Shown here one piece after another: positions 54,085 to 64,000 of a stretch of DNA of 64,000 nt (positions within the stretch are counted from its first letter, which is position 1; the number at the start of each line of letters is the position of its first letter). The translations under genes and the position numbers were made by a program. The stretch is taken from positions 18,848,001 through 18,912,000 of the forward strand of contig CM022670.1 in the NCBI GenBank assembly GCA_012295275.1, written 5' to 3'. The notes below the pieces were generated by a model that saw nothing but the letters and a program-made list of their open reading frames with translations, made no database searches and had not been told where the DNA came from. This DNA comes from Chrysomallon squamiferum (lineage: Eukaryota; Animalia; Mollusca).

Positions 54085-57000
54085 TTTATTGTTATTAAAT
54101 TAATGGCCCTTCCTTTCAGGCTTTAGTCCAGCCTTTTGTGGAAGCCATATTCCAAGAAACCATTGTACAAACCAGTGTTGTTGATGGACCAAATCCCAGC
54201 TTTAATGAGGAATTACGTATTGCTCTTGAGTAAATTTGAACTTAATTGTTTTTATATTTAAAGAACGTATATTTAATAATAGGTAACAGATAAAATGAAA
54301 ATTGTCAGATATTGTTTTAGAAAATCTTAAAGGCTTGATGACTAAGATATTTGGTACAGTTACACCTACAATAAACTGAAACCATTTACATGGTCAGTGG
54401 GTGCATACTAATGTTATGTTCAGCATTAAAAGCAACATTTCTTATCATTTTAGTTTTGATTATTCTTTCCGAAAATGCAAAGATATATATACTGCTAAAG
54501 TGTTTTTTGAAACATGGTATTTTTTTTGTATCTGTTAATTTTTAAATTAAGTTCAGTTTTATTAAAATGTTGTGTTTTTTTTTGTTTTTTTTTAAATGCT
54601 TTACATATTTGTAAATATTAATTAAAATTACAATTATTTATTTATACTCAATTTTCAGTAATTTAATGAAATGTTTATTATTTAATGATTCTTTTTTTTT
54701 TTTTAAGAGCACCAGCTAATGACTACAGTGCCAGGTCATTACAAAAAATTACTGACATCCTTTACCTTAATCTGTTTGATGAGGTTGTACATGATCTAGA
54801 GGTTAGTTTTACTTAAACATATGATTATAGAGCTGATTAATGTTGTAAACACAAACAATACAGAGTTTGGTGATGTACAATTTCACGATATAGAGGTTAA
54901 TGTTGTAAAAATACATGATGTAGAGGTTAGTGTTGTAAAAATACATGATGTAGAGGTTAGAGTTGTAAAAATACATGATGTAGAGGTTAGTGTTGTAAAA
55001 ATATAAGATGTAGAGGTTAGTGTTGTAAAAATATAGGATGTAGAGGTTAGTGTTGTAAAAATGCACAATATAGAGGTTAGTGTTGAAAAATACATGATGA
55101 AGAACTTAGTATTGTAAAAATACATGATATAGAGCTTATTGTTGTAAAAATATATCATTTAGAGGTTAGTGTTGTAAAAAAATATATGATGTGGAGTATT
55201 GTACTGTAAAAATGCTTGACAGAGAGCTGTTGTAAAAATACATCAGATTTAATAACAGACTTTTTTTAATGTTAGAAAGTTTACAGTTACCAATATAGTT
55301 TTAATACATAGAATTCTTAAATTTTAAAAAAGAATTAAATGATTAAACATGCTATTAAACTGTATCATTATATTCCATCAAACAATATTTAAGGTTGAAA
55401 TATATAAATTAGTTACATAGATTAATAATCTTCTATTGATTTGCAGAGTGAAAGTCAAAGAAAAACAAAAATTCATCAGCGCATTGAAAGGAAATGGCTT
55501 GGTTCCTTGCAAATTCCATTTTCAACAATTTACCTCAATTCAAAGGTGTTTCTAGTTACATGAAATAGTGTAGCTTACCTTTGTTTTGTTTTTGTTTCTT
55601 TCAGTTTCAAATGTATTGTTGATGTTTAATTTTATTTATTTATTTTTTATTATTGTTTTGAAATTATGATTTACTTTTAATTATAAAAGCATAATTTAAA
55701 AATAGGACATTTAATTATTTTTGTCTCATTATTATATTATCAATCTTTCTTTTTTACTGTCACCTTCCAACTCTGTCTCTTCATCTGTTTCTTTCTTTCT
55801 CTAACTCTCACTCTCAAGAATTATTTTTTCTGTCATATGCATACACAAATAAGTCTGACATAAATGTACACAGAATCTATAGTTGTTACTGGTTAAAATG
55901 TCTTATTTAATAGAAATTTAATTTCAGATTGATGGCATCTTTCGGATAAGAAAACCTCCCATTCTGCTGGGCTATAGTTCCAAGGAGAATGCAAATGACA
56001 CATATCTACAAGTTTTTATTACTACCCAACCTCCACTGAAAATACCAGAACCTGTCAAATATAAGGTAAACAAATTATTATTTGTAATGTTAATGCACAG
56101 ATCATCTGTTAAAATATTAATTATTTAGCTGTATCTACCTTCCAGTGTTTAGTACCTACCTATATGCACAAGAATCTGTCAAACACAAGATCAACATACC
56201 ACAGATTGATTATCTATTAATATATTCAGAATATAGAGGTTTGTGCCTTCATATTTCTGTCACCATTCAACTATTTCTGAAAATATAGGAACCTGAGAAA
56301 TACATGTTAAACATGTCATGAGAGTATTCATTAATAGCTTCAGTATCTGTAGGTATAAACAAAGTATGTATCATTACCCACCCATCCACAAAGAAGACAA
56401 GGTAACTCATTAAACTGATAATTAAACTGCAGATTAAGCATCAGTAAATTCTGCATGAATGCCAATTTTCTGCAGTCATACAACTAAACAAAAATCAATA
56501 ACTGGAATTAGTATTTTCATGAATTTATCAAACCATATATAGATTTGTTTGCATAAATTTTTATTAAACATTAAATATCTAGATGAAGAAAAATGGTGCA
56601 AACGTTCTACTTAAGCGAAACACTTAATTTATGGTTATGTATTGTATTATGTATATGGTAAAGACAGTACAGATAATGAAAAAGCAAGGACTATTTGTTA
56701 CATATTTATTGTTGTTTTATAGGAAGCAAAGTAAATTATAATTTTGAGCATTTTATTGTTATTACTTTTGTTATATTCATCTAATTAATGTCCTGTTAAA
56801 CAGTTTTTACCGAAGTATATTTTATCCAAGCAACTATAAAAAAAAAAAAATATATAACTGATCTGCCAAGCTTACTGTTATGATCATTGTTATCATTATA
56901 CTTATTTTTGCTTGTATTTGCAGTTTCCTTCAGTTGACAAAGAGAAATTACTGGAGAGATGTGATAAATGGCAGACAGAGATAGAAAGTAAATTCCCAAA

Positions 57001-60000
57001 ACGTCAGTATGTAACCACTGTAGTGGACATGAATTGCAAAACTGTTTTTGTCACTCGATATCTGAAGGCAATGAAACCTCCAGAGGAGATTTTAGCTGGT
57101 GGTGAAGTATGTAAATTTCATATTATTAATCAATTTATCTATATAAATAAAAGCAAATACCTGTGTGTGTGTTTGTCTGTTCTCAAAATATTTCTGACAA
57201 TAAGAAAAACAATAGTCTTTTTTTGTTTTACCATTTGACTAAGAATTAAATGGTAACATAATAAATATTATATTTATGTCTTTTAAAAAATATTAGAAGT
57301 CTATATAAATGTTTCTCTCATGGTTAATTCTGTGTTGTATGTTCAAGAATTGGAATGAGAAAGAATTTCTTCATCCTCACCTCCAGTGGAGAAGCCAAAA
57401 ATGTTGTCTCACAATGATCTCAAACTGATTGTGATAGTTACATTTTATATCTTATGTTTACTCAGAAACAATTGTTTACTCATTAAAATTTGCTTATAAA
57501 TAAATTGATTCACACACGTAGAAACTATAAAAATAGATATAATTATTGCAAGATGCTACAAAATATTTTTAGGAAGTTAAATAATATTAGCTATATGCAG
57601 TATAGCTTTTTGTTTGTTGTTGCAGTTGTTTTCTTTATAATAAAGATCATTTTATCTTGAAAATTTGCAATAAAGGTTATTCCTCTTTTCCTATCTACAC
57701 AAACTATTAAGCAATCTTTAATATTTTATTGACAGTGGAAAAATATACTCTGAATGATTAATATAGCATCACTTACTGCATTTTACATATGTGGTACATT
57801 TTTCAGGAAAAAGTTGCTTGGTTTGTATCTTTGATTCCATTTGTACCTGATGCATTTGTCTTTCCTGGGATGAGTGACCTTTGGAGTTCATGTGATGTGA
57901 GTAATCTGCAATATTTTTCTTTTTTTGGTTCACTGATGTGTGCTGCCACCATTCTTTTCATCCAAACTTCCCACTGTTGCACACACTTTATTTATTATTA
58001 TTGGATTAATTTTTTGATTACTGTACTTGTATGTGTAAATTATTTAAATTTTAAGTTCAATTCTGCTTTTTAGTACTATTATTCTTTCTTTTAATCTTTT
58101 TTTCTAGCAATTCATTCAGTTATTAGCAGGAGATGAAGAAGAACATTCTGTGTTGCTGGCAAACTATTTTATGTCAATGGGCAAAACTACATATCTTATT
58201 ACAGGTATGTGCAATGTAAATAAGAGTTATTTGACACTGTAGTTTATAATCTTACATATGACTTCAGTAGAATGATTCAATTACATAACCACTAACAAAT
58301 ACATTTTAATAAAAATAAAAAAGTAAAGGGGCTTTCAAAAATGTACAGAAATCTGCAAGAATAACTTCACAGCATTTTTCTTAGTCTTCAGGCCTTTTAT
58401 TTTACACACCTTATTTCTTTTTATTGAAATATTTATTTAATTATTTGTTTATTTATTCTTTCTATAGGTACTGCTATTCCCGAGGGTCCCACAGTTTATG
58501 TCTTGACCAAAGAGGCTGACCGGGGATACAGAATTTGGAATGCTGGTACAGCTGAATCATTTGATTTTCGTGACAGCCGCTGTCCACTTATTTCCATTGG
58601 TTGCCTCATTAACAGTGAAAATGTAAGCTTATTATAATAATTATCTTTTTATTTCATAATTATTGTCATTTAATATTTTTTTTCTTTTTTTTTTAAAGTA
58701 TTGATATTAATTACTGTCATATAAAAATAGTACATAATGTTTTGTTGTCTTTTATTTTCTAAATGTTTTTCATTGCTAGTAATGAAAACTGGGTTTAATG
58801 TGTTTTTAATAAGTTTTATTTCTAACATATAGAGCAAAATTTGTTACACTTACAGAGTTCAACATTTTAAATTTTTTTGTCATTAGATTATAATCTATAG
58901 TAAATAGACTTCAGGTGACATCTGGTGAACTCATCGTTAATCTTCTTTTTTTTTTTTTTTTTTTAGATCTGGGCAAATATTCAAGCAGCAGATAAACCAG
59001 CTCGGTTAGACTTTGATCTGACTAAAACCTCAGCCTGGAAGCCTTTTTTTGATTCTAGCTATCCATTTCCAGGGCTAGGCTCCATTCAAGTATATTTCTA
59101 TTACTATTTTCAGTAATAAGATTATTTAGTTTTCTGTTATACTTCAGTATATTTTTAAAGGCCTTAATAAAAAATTAAATTTAAGAAATGAAGTATAAAT
59201 TTACCTGAAAGAATGAGAGAGAGAGAGAGAAAATGAATGAGTGACTGAAAGAGAGAGGTGTTCTATTTTAATTTTAAATTTAAAAAAATTTTTTTACAAC
59301 ATATGTTTTTGTGCATAAGTATGTATCTGGTTTATTTTCTGTGGATTCAAATTCATAGAAATTATAGTACTGAATTAAAATAATCTGTACACTATATATT
59401 GTTTTTATCTATACTTATGTAAAATTGTTTCAGCCGGAGTCCCTAATATATGAGCCAGTAGATGAAAATTCAGTGGTTTTACTGAAAGAAACAATTGAAC
59501 AAGCTCTGAAAAACAAGATAATGGACTGGCGCAGTCGTTTTATCACTCGCTGGAACAGACACTGCACACAGATAATGAGAAAAATATTGCCATCGTATGT
59601 TTTACAGATTTATATATTTTAATATCTAAATTTATGGTTTTTAAAGAAATAACTTAATAAAGAAAAAATAATCATTATGTCCTTTGATACTTGTCATGGT
59701 GTGTGTTTTTTTTTGAATATAGGTGATATAGGCTATATTACTGTACATTTTCCTACTTTAAAAATTTATATTTAATCTTAAGTGTGAGAGTGCATTCTCA
59801 CTGAAAATGAAAAATCAGTATTTGCTTGATAATAAATTTATTTAGATGTGTGTAGATTATTTTTATTTGAGAAATCTAACTCCTGAAAAACTGGTTATTC
59901 ACTGTTGAAATTATAAAAAGGTGTCAATGTTAGGTGTGTATGCATTTATGAGAATGAACAGATGACACAATAATGCATCTCTGAAATTATTACAGGCTGG

Positions 60001-60709
60001 AAGAAAGCTGTGGCAAGGCTCCTAATCAGCAGTATCTACAGGAACTGGAATCATCTTTCAGTCAGTACAAGGTAAAAATCTTTTGCGAAACATATTGTGT
60101 TCTGTTTCTTATTGTAAGATACATTGAAATTATATTAGTTGATAATGTTAACTAAAATATTTGTATAAGAATTATATGTGTCATTCAGAGTAATGTTTGA
60201 TTGATTTATGTCACAGTAATAGAGAAAAGTAAAACTGTCAGTAAATATTTCTCAAAATAAATATTAAAAATTTACAATATTCATTTTCGCTTTGAACTCG
60301 AGATACATAATGAAGAAATACTCAGTCCTGGCACTAAAGTGGAGAAATACAGTTTTGAACTTAAGTTTACTCTGTTTGTAAAAATGATTGATTAAAATAA
60401 ATGGAAGTAACTCCCTATATATCTGCTTGGCATTTTTAGTGGCCTGTCAGAATATTGTTACAGTATGCTTTAGAAACCAGTCAGGTGCACAAACATTTTA
60501 AAAACTGATTTCTGTTTTAGGTTTCAGGTTTTCCACTGCATATGGAGTTCACCAATCTGGAACACATTATTCAGACTTTAAGAGCTACAGGGGTACATTC
60601 CCAGGAAACCAGTGACATAGAATTTGCCCTGGCTGTTTATGTCAAGGCCTACCCCAGTTCTATTATGTCTGTATGGGTTTATGTGGCATCACTCATCAGG
60701 ATTCGATAA
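32517..60709 (+). CDS. CC2D2A: Coiled-coil and C2 domain-containing protein 2A (MKS6; ciliary transition zone), ~42 coding exons
   Basis: Family motifs: [120 protein letters not shown] and C-terminal [29 protein letters not shown]. First coding exon 32517-32615 (the N-terminal acidic exons are less certain). Includes small exons 37725-37743 and 53789-53849; last exon 60521-60709. Probable non-coding exon ending at 31723. Confidence 0.95.
41594..42300 (+). mobile_element. Internally deleted Tigger/pogo DNA transposon in a CC2D2A intron
   Basis: Imperfect TIRs (ta)cagtaatatcttgcttaacgatat ... atatcgttaaaccaaggtattattg(ta) with TA flanks. The internal ORF encodes a CENP-B N-terminal-type HTH ([49 protein letters not shown]). 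No DDE domain. Confidence 0.85.
49143..49938. mobile_element. Non-autonomous DNA transposon with long TIRs and TATA target duplication (Sola2-like)
   Basis: Left end gggtcgttccatgtcaaatcaccc, right end gggtgatttgacatggaatgaccc, flanked by tata on both sides. Further inverted matches: ~49195-49272 with ~49815-49895, and ~49272-49323 with ~49661-49712. GGG termini and a 4-bp TSD fit Sola2; the superfamily call is inferred. Confidence 0.8.
54785..55245 (+). repeat. 30-bp minisatellite spanning a CC2D2A exon/intron boundary
   Basis: Consensus atacatgatgtagaggttagtgttgtaaaa, more than a dozen variably degenerate copies. The first overlaps the exon end gtacatgatctagag|gttagt (exon ends 54801). Confidence 0.92.
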
Positions 60710-63700
60710 TTCATCAAAATAGTTTTAAAATCATCAGAATTTTATTTGTGATTATTACTTATAATTATCATATTTAAACAGACAGTAAGATATCATTATA
60801 CATCTGGATTAGTTATCATTTTGATACAAAATTATAATTATAAATCCAGAATCCAGGAGGAACCTTTTGGATCCAGTCTAATTTTCATTTGGTGGATAAT
60901 TTAAGTATTGATGATCTCCTAAATCCACATTAAATTCCAGTTAATGTTAGGTATGTTCCAACCTAAATATTATTTAACAGATCATTGAATTTTTCATGTT
61001 TAAATCCTGTGATATATTCCAAATGCAGTCCATTTGTTATTTTATGTTTTTCTTATTCCTCATTTTTTAACATTCTGTCCGTCTTCACTTTATGATGTAT
61101 TTAAGAACTGAATCCCAGCAGATGAAAAGAGCATTGATAACATGCCATTACATTTTTGTTTTATATTTGGTCAAGAGCAAGTTAAAAACACATAATTAAG
61201 AAATTATCTGTCCTGAATTAAACCAAAATTTATATACTCATAACTTAGACCATAAGAATAAAATGTTAAATTAAAATTTTCTGTCTTAATTCAGAAAGTT
61301 AGCATTAATAAAGTTTAAAATAAATCAGGTAGTCTTTTTTTAAATGTTAAATTTCTGTTTATTTTGGGAGAAATGTTTAGAAGAGTTGTGATTGCTACAT
61401 TTTAATCAAAATTAAATGTATTTATATCATTAATAAAACCATTTATTTTTACTTTTTTTTTTTTAATTATTATCCAGAAATAAAAATCTTAATTTTCTGA
61501 AATGTATGTTTGATTACATATAATATTTGGTGCTTGTCACTAATCACAATGTATTTCATTATTTTTGTGTCTCTGGCTGTGTTTTGTTTTTGTAACTTTC
61601 AAGTAACTTTTGTTAAAGATAATTCCAGTACTTCTATTATTCCATCTATTCTGTCCATCTGATTTTAATCACAATTTCAGTTGAAAAATTATTACATTTT
61701 CCACTCATACGTCTCATTCACAATTACTTATTTTTATTGTAAAAACAATTTCATTTAACATTGTGTTTTAATATATTTTATATATAACTGGTCATTGTTC
61801 TGTATGGATACATTTTCCAAAGACAGTATTAGTTTTAACATATTAAACATTTTATTTTGAAGATGTGATTCATGATAATTATTAACACAAGCAAAAGAAA
61901 AAGATGTTGAGAACACCTATTCAGTTTCTTTATAATAAGATTATTATTACAATTTATTGTTTTTATATTAAGGATCAATAACATCCAGATATTGTCAAAA
62001 TGAAAATGGCCTTTTTTCAAAAACATTGTGCCATATTAACCATGCCTGTATATTTTATAAATTTTTGGTAATAACACAAAATAAGATTTTATAATGTAAA
62101 AATTGGATTCATTTCAATGTCCAAGCATTTTTTTTACAATTCAAAAAAAAAAAAAAAAATTTTAAGTTTTATTTGATTTTATGATGTACATTTGTATTTT
62201 ATTTATTTTCAAATACATGTGAATATTGATGTTTATTTATTTTAATATCCTGAATACCTTTTTATTTTCTCATTTCAAATATTTTGTCTTATTTTCTGTA
62301 GTCTGTAGTTTCCCAAGTTTAAAAATGTCTGAAGATTTCTTTACCATTTTAACTTCAGCACACCAATTTCAAATAATTTTTAAGAGTCACTAGGTTGACT
62401 CTGATATTCACCCACAAGCACGTACAACATCAACTGAAATGCAAATGCTGAAGTCTATACATCACATGCATATATTACTACACATTACTGATATTAATCA
62501 GGGCTGTTTTGTGCATAAACTTGAAATATTTTACTATACTGTTGTTGGTCTTGTTTTATGCTATAATTTTTTTTAAAACAGCAGTTGACTTGTACAATTT
62601 TTTTTTTTAATAATCTGAGTAGCTGATTAAAATCTGTTGAAAAGATTTCTTCAAGTTTCATTTTGTTGTTGAGAATAAAATATTTCTAAGATGTGTGTTC
62701 CTATTTTATTTTATTTTTTTTATTTCCCTTTGGAAAAAATTCAACACAGAAAATGACATTTTCCACTTTTTATTAATTACCTGTACACATCAAAACAACA
62801 AAAGCTTGTGTTGAATAATTTAAATACCAAAATGTGTGACTAACTGTCATCCTCAAAAGGATCTATATAAATTGTTGCCCTGAAATAAAATGGAAAGGGA
62901 AAAAAATGTGTATCACCTGACAACCAATTCAAACACCAGAAAAGCATTTTACTATGATTTTTTTTTTTTTTAATTTTTTTTTTCATTGCTTTCTGTGATT
63001 ATTATACACCAAGTAAACAGTAATAACTACATACAAAAATATTAATCACAAAATAGTAGAAATTAAATAAGCTAATTGTAAGGAAGCCTGAACAAAAATA
63101 TATAAGCATTATTAAGCATTATTAAGCATAAAAGGGTAATTACATTCACATATATTGAGAAGAAAATGCCAATTATTAAAATAAATAAAAGTGCTTGAAA
63201 TCAGTTATACCACTGAAAATAAACCATTCTTCCTTTAATATAATTTTCAGTTTAAAATAAAATACAGAGGTTCAAATTTATTTTACATTTTCCAGTAACT
63301 TTCAAAATCCTTTATCCAGAATATCAAAATCAAAAATATTTTCTTTTTCCCTTCTTTAATGTTACAATTACTTGATGCTGTATTACTGAAATCCACACAC
63401 ATACAGCATTAACACTAAGCCTGGTATTTCAGAATCATTCCAAAGTAAACTGGGCTTAAGGGTTATGAATAAAGGATTAACATATATTATTTAAATTTAA
63501 TTAACAAATATAATAAATAACATACAGAGTTTATCTTTATAAAATTATCATTAATGATCATGTCATAAATGTAATCATTATCTTCTGGGAATGAAAGCAA
63601 TATAAATATCTATATTATAATTTGCAACATTAGTATTAATTTCACAGTTTTAAAAATAAAATAAAATAAATTTAGAATTATTTTCAAAATCCAGTCATGC

Positions 63701-64000
63701 TAATAGTACATTTCTAAAATCTTGCATTATGAAAAAGCAATCGCATATCAAATATGTAGCCATGGATTAACATTACTAATCAAAACATATATACTATCAC
63801 AAAACAAAGTGCACCACAAAAACAATGTCCAGCATAATCCCCAAATAAAAAGAAAAGGTACAAACAAAATATTAATCAGAACAATTTTCATTTACTGATA
63901 ATTTTCAAGTTTTTAGCTCATGAACAAGACTGATTGCAAAGACTTATTCATTCAAAATACTGTAAAAAAAAAAAGGTCTATCTGTAACCAAATCTTATAA

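Noticed and set aside
54809-55158. Repetitive ORFs on both strands ([28 protein letters not shown]) and a superficially CRISPR-like array
   Set aside because: These are translations of a head-to-tail 30-bp intronic minisatellite with no unique spacers, in eukaryotic DNA.
62380-62433. Possible terminal exon of a convergent minus-strand gene (LMLYVLVGEYQSQPSDS* or VDVVRACG*)
   Set aside because: Too short, frame ambiguous, and no upstream exon recognisable within the window.

Overview
AT-rich, intron-rich animal genomic DNA with many microsatellites. A mollusc, possibly a cephalopod, is my inference from composition and gene style only. Four spliced genes were reconstructed by hand from GT-AG sites and reading-frame continuity. 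(1) The 3' part of a single-pass FN3 receptor of the gp130/Domeless type (+, 289-7280), with a triplicated 39-nt cytoplasmic micro-exon. (2) A complete NOL10 (-, 19 exons, about 683 aa). (3) A small 5-exon gene (-, about 25.2-27.3 kb) encoding a 101-aa secreted precursor: signal peptide, a 21-aa Arg/Trp/Tyr-rich cationic peptide, a GKR amidation/cleavage site, then a strongly acidic two-EF-hand propeptide. At least three broken paralog relics and DNA-transposon debris lie beside it. (4) A complete CC2D2A (+, about 42 coding exons) with intronic Tigger-like and Sola-like elements and a minisatellite built from its own splice donor. Gene 3 is the best candidate for an undescribed system: a probable antimicrobial or toxin peptide paired with a Ca2+-binding anionic pro-domain.
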